Source of the DNA: a virus
Taxonomy: Duplodnaviria; Heunggongvirae; Uroviricota; Caudoviricetes
Virus record (IMG/VR): IMGVR_UViG_3300037455_000372
Span: 75,710 to 139,709 of that record
Length of the DNA: 64,000 bases
Reading direction: 5' to 3' (one strand)
In this document: piece by piece, positions 55,773 to 64,000 of the stretch
Numbering within the stretch: the first letter of the stretch is position 1
Layout: every line of letters starts with the position of its first letter
The notes under the pieces: generated by a model
The model's database searches: none
What the model was told of the DNA's origin: nothing
What the model saw: the letters and a program-made list of their open reading frames with translations, nothing else
Position numbers and translations under genes: made by a program

Positions 55773-55800
55773 AAAAAGGCGGTCGAATGACCGCCATTTT
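55773..55800 (-). terminator. Intrinsic terminator after the portal gene
   Basis: GGCGGTCA-TTCG-ACCGCC-TTTTT. Confidence 0.75.
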
Positions 55801-55802
55801 CG

Positions 55803-57503
55803 CTACATTCCCGGTACTGGAGGAGGTGCGCCGCCGCCCATATCAGGTGCGCCACCGCCTTCACCACCTTCGTCGCCGCCTTCACCGGAGGCTTCGTTCT
55901 CCTCTTCCTTGCACCATTTCTTGTTGAGCAAGTAGACTTCGTCGGTGAGACGCAAGCCATAACGGAGAGCAAACTGCTTGGAAAGTGCTCCGTTCGGGTT
56001 TTCCTTTGACGAAACGTGCTTCATCATAGAGTCAAATACGGCAAGCTTAGTCGTCCATTCCTCAGAATCAATGAAGTTCTTGAAACCGTTGGACTTCTTG
56101 AAACGAACCGTATAGAGTTCCTGAATCTTGATATTGTCGTCAATGGAATTGTCGGTATTGAGTACCATAATGAGAAGACGGATAAGAATTTCCTCAAACG
56201 GAGTCTGGTAACGCTCAACCAAACGAGCGAAAGACACTTCAGCCTGAGTAACTTCACCAATCTTACCCTGAGAGTAGTTCTGGGAGTCGCCAGCAAGAGC
56301 GGTAATACGTCCCGGAGGAACCATCAAGGCGTTCACAAGGTTTCTCTTAAAGAATTTCAAGTCGTCAATGTTGCCAAGCTGCTCGCCGCCAGCCATACGC
56401 TCGATACCAGAACCGGTACGACCGTTACCAACGCCAATCACAAAGTGTTCAGTCAAACCAATCGCTTTACCAAAGTTCGTAATTTCGCCAGTCATCGGGT
56501 TGTAATCGAGCTTACGCGAGAACATCTTGGACTGGTCTTTCATATACTTTTCGGCGGTCGCCTTGGTCATACCAGAAACGTCGCACTTGAGAACGAGCTT
56601 TTCAGAACCCCAAAGAACACGGTACATCACCACCGAGTCTTCGATGGTATTCAGTTGGTTATATGGCTTCATAGCCGGTTCAAGGATAGAACGAGGGTCA
56701 TTGATGCCGCCCGGACCGGCCATACCGAGGGAAGCGTAAAGGATCTGCTGCGGAGAGAAGTCAATGTAGTTCTTGCCGTTGGTCTGCTGCGACACCGGAC
56801 CGGTGAGCATCTGGCGGAAACCGATGATAAGGTTGTCCTGAACCACGACAATCATATTTTCTTCCGGAAGCATATTCAAGCCGACAATCTTGTTCGACTC
56901 GACATCGTAAATAACTTCGAAGAAGATACGGCCACGCGTGAGTAGGTACTTCATATACTCCCAACCCTTGCTATGGAGCTGGAAGATACGTCGTAACACT
57001 TGCTGGCGGAAAATCTTGCCAAGCTTGATTTTCACGGCATCGCCGATTTCCGCATCCGGGTCAATCTTGAGCGAACAGATTTCGTCAAGGTCATCCTTGT
57101 ACATACCCTCGTTACAGAGCTGGATCAAGGATTCGTTCACTTCCGAACGGCAAGCGACCGTATCGTACTTCAATGCACGCTCGACGTTCTTGCGCCAGTA
57201 AAGCTCGACTTGGTTTTCGGCGATGGCGTTCTGGATGCGCTGCGGGTCGATCTTGTCGGTCGCTATACCCAAAGCTGGCATATAGCTGCTGAAACCGTCA
57301 GGCGAGTTGCCGTTCGGGTACATCATCTGGCTAATGCCTTGGCCTACGATGTTTCGTGACGCACGGATTTGTCTAACCACGTCGCCACGGTTAAAGATTC
57401 GGTCAAATAACTGACCCTTTTCATTAGCAGCACCGTAATCTCGGACGTGCGATAGCACGCGAGAAGCAACGGTATCTGTCTTTGGTAGTTTCTTTGATAG
57501 CAT
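55803..57503 (-). CDS. gp20: Portal vertex protein, T4 gp20-like
   Basis: YNQLNTIEDSVVMYR, CDVSGMTKATAEKYM, DDLKFFKRNLVNALMVP, EVSFARLVERYQ. Confidence 0.95.
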   Translation of the reverse strand: MLSKKLPKTDTVASRVLSHVRDYGAANEKGQLFDRIFNRGDVVRQIRASRNIVGQGISQMMYPNGNSPDGFSSYMPALGIATDKIDPQRIQNAIAENQVELYWRKNVERALKYDTVACRSEVNESLIQLCNEGMYKDDLDEICSLKIDPDAEIGDAVKIKLGKIFRQQVLRRIFQLHSKGWEYMKYLLTRGRIFFEVIYDVESNKIVGLNMLPEENMIVVVQDNLIIGFRQMLTGPVSQQTNGKNYIDFSPQQILYASLGMAGPGGINDPRSILEPAMKPYNQLNTIEDSVVMYRVLWGSEKLVLKCDVSGMTKATAEKYMKDQSKMFSRKLDYNPMTGEITNFGKAIGLTEHFVIGVGNGRTGSGIERMAGGEQLGNIDDLKFFKRNLVNALMVPPGRITALAGDSQNYSQGKIGEVTQAEVSFARLVERYQTPFEEILIRLLIMVLNTDNSIDDNIKIQELYTVRFKKSNGFKNFIDSEEWTTKLAVFDSMMKHVSSKENPNGALSKQFALRYGLRLTDEVYLLNKKWCKEEENEASGEGGDEGGEGGGAPDMGGGAPPPVPGM

Positions 57504-57506
57504 AGT

Positions 57507-57704
57507 CTATCCCCAGGACAAAACTAGTCCATTGTACTCAATGACAAACTGAGGAATGCGTTCCTTCACATAATAGTCCTTGAGTTCCTGTAAATGAATG
57601 TTCTTGGAAAGCAGTCTCTTCTGTAGCAAGAGACAGTTCGATATGTAGATGAAATCGTCAGCACCTACGTGAAACAAAGGCTTTCCGTTATAATTATCCG
57701 CCAT
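57507..57704 (-). CDS. Hypothetical small protein
   Basis: Start re-assigned to MADNYNGK; bridges the 57694 gene and portal. Confidence 0.6.
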   Translation of the reverse strand: MADNYNGKPLFHVGADDFIYISNCLLLQKRLLSKNIHLQELKDYYVKERIPQFVIEYNGLVLSWG

Positions 57705-58437
57705 ACGACGCCAGCTGCCTCCATAAGCGAGCATAGTTGTCGCCATCTTCCGTGTTCTTCGAGCACAGATCGTTCTTGATGAAATACTTCGCGAGACGAA
57801 CGGCCAGCAAGTGGCCTTCAGGCAGAAGCTGACGATAATCGGCCAGCCCACCCTTCTTCAAATAATCAACGATTTCGTTACGTGAACCCAGCGAGCGGAC
57901 GCTGAAAGTCGACTCGACGGACGGCAGAACATAACGAGCATAGGAGTCGTCCGAAACAAGTTCGCTGTTATTCCTAATTGCCGCCATAATAAAGTTGGCG
58001 ATGGTCAATGCACGTTCGAGACGCTGTTCCTTGGACATTCCGTCGGCCTCCTCTTCCACATACTCGCCACGGCCACGCTGTTCCGGCGGGAGGTAGGAGG
58101 TTTCCTCGACAAGAGCTATGACAGGTTCGAACTTCTTCCAGTAGCCATCCGTCTTACCGCCAGCCATCAGATACATCGCGTCAAGGTCGTCATAATCAGC
58201 GGACAAGGCGGCAATACCCTTTTCGCCGAGCAGACCCTTGAGCTGCATAATGAACTTGTCCAGATTGGTGTAAGCCCAAGAACCGTTCGTCGCGTTCGCT
58301 ATGGGGTTTCCCATATCGTCGATAGCACCAGAGAAGTAGGAATCGCTCTTTTCGATAGGACAGCGCAAACGCTTCATAAGATAAGCGTACACCATATCGT
58401 CGAACTCTGCTTTCTTTGTCTTGTACACCTTTGCCAT
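57694..58437 (-). CDS. Conserved T4-like hypothetical (virion-associated) protein
   Basis: YAYLMKRL..PIEKSDSYFSGAIDDMGN resembles a remembered T4-superfamily motif YAYKFI..PF..W.AY..GIID..G; start re-assigned to MAKVYK. Confidence 0.55.
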   Translation of the reverse strand: MAKVYKTKKAEFDDMVYAYLMKRLRCPIEKSDSYFSGAIDDMGNPIANATNGSWAYTNLDKFIMQLKGLLGEKGIAALSADYDDLDAMYLMAGGKTDGYWKKFEPVIALVEETSYLPPEQRGRGEYVEEEADGMSKEQRLERALTIANFIMAAIRNNSELVSDDSYARYVLPSVESTFSVRSLGSRNEIVDYLKKGGLADYRQLLPEGHLLAVRLAKYFIKNDLCSKNTEDGDNYARLWRQLASYGG

Positions 58438-58445
58438 TGTTATAC

Positions 58446-60632
58446 CTACTTTGTAGCCTTGAGGGTCTGGTCGTGTGTGAACACCATATCCCAAGCGTTC
58501 TTGTTCTTCATATTGTCGTTGTTCATAAAGCACGGAACAGTCGGCTGCGGAGCGGGGCCGGTACTCATAGGCGGATGCGGCTTACTCTTGTCTTGCCAGA
58601 CCTCAATGTGGAAGGCCGGGTCCTTGACCTTCGGACCGCCATATTCAGCGGGGCCGAAATAAGCCTTCAAATATCCTTCGAGTCGAGCCTCGTAACAAGC
58701 GTTGTTGATTCGCTTCAACTGTTCTTCGCTATAATGGAATTCCTTTCTAGTAGACGCCGGACCCATATCGACGGCTTGCACGACATTCTGGTCTTGTCCG
58801 TGGTTGGAGACCGGAGTACCAGCCGCCAAAAAGTCCTCGCATTTCTTCAACATTTTCTTGCGAGCTTCCTCGATGTCGGAAGACTTTTCGAGACGCTTCA
58901 GCACACCGTTATTGACACGCTTGGACACGTCAGTATATTGCTGGTCAACCTCACGACCCCTCGCGCCATAGTTCACCGCGATCTGTCCGTTATGACTCTG
59001 ACGGTTATTAAGCATAGCGCGAGTCTGCGCTTCAGGGCTACGATAAACCGACGTAATTACTACGCCCGGTACTTGAGCCTTCGCCAAGATGTAGCGAATC
59101 GTGTCCATCGTGATATCGGACACTTCGTTTGAACCCTTTTCAGCCCAGTTCACAATCTTGAAATTCTTCGGATCGACCGGAATGTTGATGTTCTTGTTTT
59201 CATACACCTTGATAGTGCCTTTCACCAGCCAGCCGAAATTACGTTTCAGCAAGTGGGGCATCGTATGAACCGGTTTCGCCGGAACCTTTCCAAATTCAAT
59301 GGTATCGACGCCGCATTCCCTATAAATCTTGTTGGCCTCGTCGATTCTGCGCTTACGAAGCTCATATGCGTTCGGGTTAGAGTCGTAGGTCATATGAGAT
59401 AGCAAGTCGGCGATAAGCTGGAAATGCAGATACGCAAGCTTCTTGTTTTGCGGAACACCGTTTGCGACGACCACATTGGTACCATATTCAGCCGTTGTTG
59501 CAGTTACTACCTTCTTGTTGTCGTCAAGGTAAGTCATATCCGGCAACATATGCAACGTCATTGTCTTGGTAGACCCGATAAGATAAGCCATACCGACATT
59601 CGCGCAATACGAAATAAAGCCAGATTCTGGGCAAATCTTTGGATCGACTGCAAGGCCGTTCGTCTTCAAATAACTGCATACAGCCGTCTTTACCGCTTCT
59701 GGGCAAGAGTTGTGGGTAATGCAACCCCAGTGCAAATACGCCCAGTTATTGTCATTCTTAATTGCACCCCACAACAAAAGCTGAATCATCTTGAAATAAG
59801 CGAGCTGCAGCTGGCCTTCGGTAAGCTCAAACTCCTTCTGCTCGTCAGTAAGTTCGGAATAGCTCTTATCGGACACTTCGTACAAAGTATTGAACTGTTC
59901 CGCCGTAATCCCATTGACAGCGTCACCTTGAGTTCGGCCTTCTTCATCTACGTCAGGAACGGAGAAAATCATCTTCAAAACGAGCAGTCTAGCGATTCCG
60001 CCAGTATTCAGCTTGATACCGGCACCAATAGCCACGCTACCGTCGTCGGCCTCATAAAACTTGTTGGACTTGAATGTCTCGTGGTCATAAAGGAACGTCC
60101 AATCCGGAGGATAGGAACCTTTCTTGAAGGCATTGGCAAAACTAATCGGCAAGCCGCTAAATCCGATACAAATAGGCGGAACAACTTCCGGGTCGAACTT
60201 GCAACCGCCTTGGATAGACGCAACCAAGTTCGAAAGGGATTGTCGGGTAGCTTCAGCGGCACCGCCAGTAAGTCCACCCAAGGCGGCACCAATACCGTCA
60301 AGTTCTGCGGCAGACATAGCACCACGTTGGTCGAGCTTGTTGACGATTCCTTCTACACCCGGACAGAGAACGCCGTACTCTTCGTTACTCAAATAGTCTT
60401 GCAGCATTTCCGCAATGGCGTCACACAAATCCGAAATTCGATGCTGGTTATATTCGGGAACGCCAGCACGCTGCCAAGCGGTCAAATTGTTAGATTCGTC
60501 CGCTATATCGAAAAAACCGTGCTTGGTCATAATCTCATAAAACTTGCCGGAAGTGCCTTTAGCCTTCTCGGTAGCATTATCGATCATTCCCTTGGTCTTA
60601 CCAGAAAAATGTCCATTAGGCATCGAGTTCAT
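58446..60632 (-). CDS. Two-domain lysin: GH24/T4-lysozyme-like muramidase plus M15-like Zn peptidase
   Basis: LYDHE..FYEADDGSVAIGAG..RKRRIDEA (lysozyme-like); ITSVYRSPEAQ..SNH..AVD..FHIE (M15-like); start may be 60623. Confidence 0.6.
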   Translation of the reverse strand: MNSMPNGHFSGKTKGMIDNATEKAKGTSGKFYEIMTKHGFFDIADESNNLTAWQRAGVPEYNQHRISDLCDAIAEMLQDYLSNEEYGVLCPGVEGIVNKLDQRGAMSAAELDGIGAALGGLTGGAAEATRQSLSNLVASIQGGCKFDPEVVPPICIGFSGLPISFANAFKKGSYPPDWTFLYDHETFKSNKFYEADDGSVAIGAGIKLNTGGIARLLVLKMIFSVPDVDEEGRTQGDAVNGITAEQFNTLYEVSDKSYSELTDEQKEFELTEGQLQLAYFKMIQLLLWGAIKNDNNWAYLHWGCITHNSCPEAVKTAVCSYLKTNGLAVDPKICPESGFISYCANVGMAYLIGSTKTMTLHMLPDMTYLDDNKKVVTATTAEYGTNVVVANGVPQNKKLAYLHFQLIADLLSHMTYDSNPNAYELRKRRIDEANKIYRECGVDTIEFGKVPAKPVHTMPHLLKRNFGWLVKGTIKVYENKNINIPVDPKNFKIVNWAEKGSNEVSDITMDTIRYILAKAQVPGVVITSVYRSPEAQTRAMLNNRQSHNGQIAVNYGARGREVDQQYTDVSKRVNNGVLKRLEKSSDIEEARKKMLKKCEDFLAAGTPVSNHGQDQNVVQAVDMGPASTRKEFHYSEEQLKRINNACYEARLEGYLKAYFGPAEYGGPKVKDPAFHIEVWQDKSKPHPPMSTGPAPQPTVPCFMNNDNMKNKNAWDMVFTHDQTLKATK

Positions 60633-60686
60633 ATTTTGCAGTTTATATACTTTTAGCCATTTCCTTTGAAATTAGTCCATTTACAC

Positions 60687-60712
60687 AAAAAAGCCGCCCC
60701 TTGCGGAGCGGC
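60687..60712 (-). terminator. Intrinsic terminator
   Basis: GCCGCTCC-GCAA-GGGGCGGC-TTTTTT. Confidence 0.75.
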
Positions 60713-60734
60713 CTTTGAGGATACTACGAAAGTA

Positions 60735-62579
60735 TTAGGCGTTACGTACGGATTCGACGATAGCGTCAAGTTCCTTCTGGAGGTTGTCGCCTTCGGAACG
60801 CTTGGTAGCGTCGGAAACGATGGATTCCAGCTTGGCCTTGGCAGCGTCTTCGTCGGCATTCATCTGAGCCATAGCGGCTTCCACCATAGCGATGGTTTCG
60901 CCAACGGCATCAGACTTCTTTTCCGGAGCGGCGGTCACCGATTCCACGACAGGTTCGGCCTTTTCCTTGACCTCTACGGATTCGAGGATGCTGTCAAGCT
61001 TACCCTTGAGTTCAGAAGTCTTTGCGGCTTCGGCTTCGAGCTGAGCCTTTTCGGCAGCGGCCTTAGAAGCCTGAGCAAAGTTGGCAACGATAGATTCAAC
61101 CTGAGCCTTCTGGTCACGAGACTTTTCAGTCTTCACGAAGTTAGACATAACCGACTCAATCTGAGCGATAGTCTTGGCCTTCTTTTCCTTGGCTTCGTAA
61201 GCTTCGATCTGAGCCTGAACCTTTTCGGCAATACGGTTAGAACGGAATTCCTTGGCAATGGCTTCTACCTTTGCTTCGGCGTCTTCGGCATTAAAGCCTT
61301 CCTGAACGATCTGTTCGTCAGCCTTTGCGGCACCGTTTGAGGCACCGCATTCTTCGTTGACTTGAACGTCAGTGCCAGCGTCAGCACCAGCTTCTTCGGT
61401 CACAGCGTCGTCGGTCACAGAGGCGTCACCTTCGGTCACAGTAGCTTCGCCTTCGGGAATTGCTTCCTCCTTGGCGGTTTCTTCTGCGGCAGCAGCCGGT
61501 TCAGTCACTTCAGTAGCGGCACCAGCTTCACCTTCGGTCAAGGCTTGAGCTTTCTTGGCGACAGCTTCGAAGTCGAAATCATCGTCCTTCTCTTCCTTCT
61601 TGTCGTCCTTCTTGTCGTCCTTGCCTTCGTCCTTGGATTCGTCCTTACCTTCATCCTTGGGTTCGTCAGCCTTCGGTTCATCCTTGGCTTCACCGTCAGC
61701 CGGAGCGGCATCGCCACCTTCAGCCGGAGCTGCATCGGCTTCAAGACCAAGGTCTTCTTCGGCATCGATATCGCCGAGATCCTTGTCAAGGTCATCGAGA
61801 CCGTCGAGGCCACCAGCATCGAGTTCGGCAGCTCCGTCTTCAGGAGCCGGTTCGCCTTCTACGCCGAGGTCAGCACCGAGGCCGTCGGCAGCACCAGCAT
61901 CTTCGATGCCAGTGTCGAGAGCACCGAGACCGTCATCGGCAGCAAGCGGGTCAGCACCGAGACCGTCGTCGACATTAGGTTCGAGAGAGGGTTCAGTCGG
62001 TTCAACAGTCGGTTCAATCGGTTCCATAGTCGGAGCCGGTCCGCCAACTGCGTTCGGGTCTTCAACCGGAGCAGCGGCATCTTCGCCAGCCGCCGGAGCA
62101 ATATCGTCAGCAACAGTACCGTTCGGCTGAGCGTCGGAGACGTTCTGGGACTGCTGGGCGTTCTTGGCCTTTGCGATAGTGTCCTTGATGAAGCCAACAA
62201 GGTCACCCTTGATGATGGAGCCGCCCTGAGCAAGCTGGGCGCACTGCACGGCACCGCAAATGTCGGTGATGTCTGCAGCAGTAATCGTGGTTCCCGGACG
62301 CTTTGCAGCTTCTTCGGCAAACTTGTCAATTACAAACTTCTGGGTCTGTTCGTCTTGGAGGTCGTCACCAAGGTCGGCAAATTTTTCAGAAGAATCGCCG
62401 TAGTTGGGATCGGTGGACGGATTAACCGTCATCAACTCGTCGAAACCCTTCGGTTCGAAATCTTCTTCGGGAGGCAGACCAAGGTCCAACTGGCTACCAA
62501 AAGACTCTAGCTGAGCCTTCGCATCGTCAATCGCGAAGATGCTCTTCACTGCGTTCTTGTTAAGTTCTGCTTGTGTCAT
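60735..62579 (-). CDS. Very acidic, low-complexity late protein with coiled-coil C-terminus (prohead core/internal protein candidate)
   Basis: 614 aa; DDGLGA repeats; many (I/L/V)xE-(S/G/A) sites; late motif at 62625-62632. Confidence 0.7.
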   Translation of the reverse strand: MTQAELNKNAVKSIFAIDDAKAQLESFGSQLDLGLPPEEDFEPKGFDELMTVNPSTDPNYGDSSEKFADLGDDLQDEQTQKFVIDKFAEEAAKRPGTTITAADITDICGAVQCAQLAQGGSIIKGDLVGFIKDTIAKAKNAQQSQNVSDAQPNGTVADDIAPAAGEDAAAPVEDPNAVGGPAPTMEPIEPTVEPTEPSLEPNVDDGLGADPLAADDGLGALDTGIEDAGAADGLGADLGVEGEPAPEDGAAELDAGGLDGLDDLDKDLGDIDAEEDLGLEADAAPAEGGDAAPADGEAKDEPKADEPKDEGKDESKDEGKDDKKDDKKEEKDDDFDFEAVAKKAQALTEGEAGAATEVTEPAAAAEETAKEEAIPEGEATVTEGDASVTDDAVTEEAGADAGTDVQVNEECGASNGAAKADEQIVQEGFNAEDAEAKVEAIAKEFRSNRIAEKVQAQIEAYEAKEKKAKTIAQIESVMSNFVKTEKSRDQKAQVESIVANFAQASKAAAEKAQLEAEAAKTSELKGKLDSILESVEVKEKAEPVVESVTAAPEKKSDAVGETIAMVEAAMAQMNADEDAAKAKLESIVSDATKRSEGDNLQKELDAIVESVRNA

Positions 62580-62647
62580 TGTTCAGTATCCTTATTTGTA
62601 GCCAATTAGGCTCATTTTCCGAATAGTTTATATTATGTCCCAGATTT

Positions 62648-64000
62648 TTAATTTTCGTCATAGGCGATAGCGATATCCGGTACACAATATCCGGGATTCG
62701 AATTGCCGCTAACTTCAAGCTGTAGATACACATAGTCGGTCTCGCCAGCTTGCAACGGGTTATAAATACCTCCGTCTACGCGGCACATATTGTACTGGCC
62801 ACACATAAATAGCTGCTGGTTGAAGACATAGCTACCCATACCCGGTCTCGAAACACACTGGTAGGCGTTGATGCACTTTCCAGCCTTGAGAACCTTTTCC
62901 GGGTCAATTTCAATAACTTCCTCATTGGTTCCGCCGTTATACACAACCACTCCATCAACGACGACATCGTTCACGTAGTTGGCAATCGGAGAATGCGGAT
63001 TTCCGATGAAACGGAGCGGGTACTGTCCGCCAGCGTGGTTGACAAAGCGGTACACCTTGTTCAAGTCGAGCGTAAGCATCGGTCTGCGGGCACCGCCAAC
63101 CAAGTAACAGAACTGTCCAAGGTCATCGCACTCGGCTGTAACCTCGTAGACTTCCATCGGCTTTCCGTTGTACTTCTGGGTCGGGTCGTAATAGGGACGG
63201 CCTTCCTCCGGAACGCTGGTGTAAATCGGGTCGCCGTTCGCATCAAAATCGGTCTTGAACCAACCGTCGTTAGGAACATAAATCTCGTGGAGCGGGGTAC
63301 CCGGACGAATGAAGGTAGGGACAAAGCTCTGGCCGACCGTATTCATCAAGCGAGCCGGTACGATAATATGGCCAGTGTTGAACTTCGGGTCGCCGTAGGG
63401 GTCACCCGGAATCTTGTAAACGAGTCCGAACTTTCCTTCATTGTTCATCAAGTCGATTGTTTCGCCAGTGACCGGGTCTTTCCCATAAATAATCAAGAAG
63501 ACGGAATTTCCTTCGACTTGCACATATTTCGGGTCAAGCGTCCGGTTAGGGTCGAACTTGCCATCAACATACGGAAGGAACTGAATCATCGAAGCGACCG
63601 GGTTCAGAGAGTTGTTCACGAACTCGATACGAATCGGTTCGCCAGTCTCCTCAACTATACGGTCGGGGTCGGTGTACGACGGAATCGGAATGAGCGGCTG
63701 ACGGTCGCCATTAAGATAGATGACGTTTCCATAGCCACAGTCCTTGTACTCGACGATGTACTTCTTGCGTGACAACCTCTGGTCTGGGTACTGTCCGTAC
63801 AAGCCAGCCACGGTCAGGTAGAACGGATGTTCCTTGCTGTAATTCCAGATGTCGTTCACGGCGATGCCGGACTTCTGGTTCGTAGGACGGCTGTATGAAA
63901 TAGAGTTACCGATGTACAGCTTGGCAGCAAGAGGATCGGTTGGTCTTTCACCAATGGGATATATACGGATATTGCTGAGCTGTACATCGGGAGGATTTGT
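62648..64000 (-). CDS. Virion structural protein, 5' part beyond the window edge; C-terminal cupredoxin-like module
   Basis: Frame stays open from 63859 to 64000; LTLDLNKVYRF..YPLRF..YQCVSRPGMG. Confidence 0.65.
   Translation of the reverse strand, partial: TNPPDVQLSNIRIYPIGERPTDPLAAKLYIGNSISYSRPTNQKSGIAVNDIWNYSKEHPFYLTVAGLYGQYPDQRLSRKKYIVEYKDCGYGNVIYLNGDRQPLIPIPSYTDPDRIVEETGEPIRIEFVNNSLNPVASMIQFLPYVDGKFDPNRTLDPKYVQVEGNSVFLIIYGKDPVTGETIDLMNNEGKFGLVYKIPGDPYGDPKFNTGHIIVPARLMNTVGQSFVPTFIRPGTPLHEIYVPNDGWFKTDFDANGDPIYTSVPEEGRPYYDPTQKYNGKPMEVYEVTAECDDLGQFCYLVGGARRPMLTLDLNKVYRFVNHAGGQYPLRFIGNPHSPIANYVNDVVVDGVVVYNGGTNEEVIEIDPEKVLKAGKCINAYQCVSRPGMGSYVFNQQLFMCGQYNMCRVDGGIYNPLQAGETDYVYLQLEVSGNSNPGYCVPDIAIAYDEN

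Noticed and set aside
27468-57503. Inteins or introns explaining the oversized gp7, gp6, gp15 and portal genes
   Set aside because: No C/S...HN-C/S/T splice motifs or LAGLIDADG blocks were noticed, and the frames are uninterrupted.
1-64000. Stop-codon reassignment (TAG/TGA recoding seen in some jumbo phages)
   Set aside because: Core genes (portal, capsid, gp6, and the 1500-1600-aa proteins) are full length in the standard code, and TAG, TGA and TAA all end genes at sensible positions.
1-64000. CRISPR mini-array, tRNA genes or large ncRNA
   Set aside because: Intergenic gaps are short (mostly under 150 nt) and explained by promoters and terminators; no regularly spaced repeats or cloverleaf motifs were noticed by eye.
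1-64000. Host assignment (codon style and signal peptides gave an impression of a gut/rumen anaerobe such as Fibrobacter)
   Set aside because: Impression only; it needs CRISPR-spacer matches or best-hit taxonomy, which I cannot run.

Overview
This window is a densely coded segment of a large, T4-superfamily-like (probably jumbo) myophage genome, read in the standard genetic code and mostly on the minus strand. Head and neck genes: portal (gp20), major capsid (gp23), prohead protease (gp21), scaffold (gp22), neck proteins (gp13, gp14) and tail terminator (gp15). Baseplate and tail genes: two wedge proteins (gp6- and gp7-like) and several very large tail/fibre proteins. Other recognisable genes: a gp55-like late sigma factor, a two-domain lysin, Hsp20, an AAA+ ATPase, a PD-(D/E)XK nuclease, three GNATs, and ASCH, M48 peptidase and NUMOD4 proteins. 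Two promoter classes are visible by eye: a late motif (T/G)ATAAAC(T/A) at 19 sites before structural or cargo genes, and sigma70-like TTGxxx-N17-TAxxxT boxes before accessory genes. Intrinsic terminators are frequent. The best candidate new systems are: (1) a radical SAM + duplicated-domain + GT2-TPR glycosyltransferase cassette coupled to the tail-fibre operon, a possible virion-modification pathway; (2) a shared ~35-aa protease-cleavable leader on scattered late genes, a possible capsid-cargo address; (3) two apparent pseudoenzymes, a dead gp21 paralogue and a dead 2H phosphoesterase; (4) sigma54-like boxes at Hsp20 and the capsid gene. All family assignments come from motif recognition by eye; no database search was run. 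No tRNA, rRNA or CRISPR array was seen.
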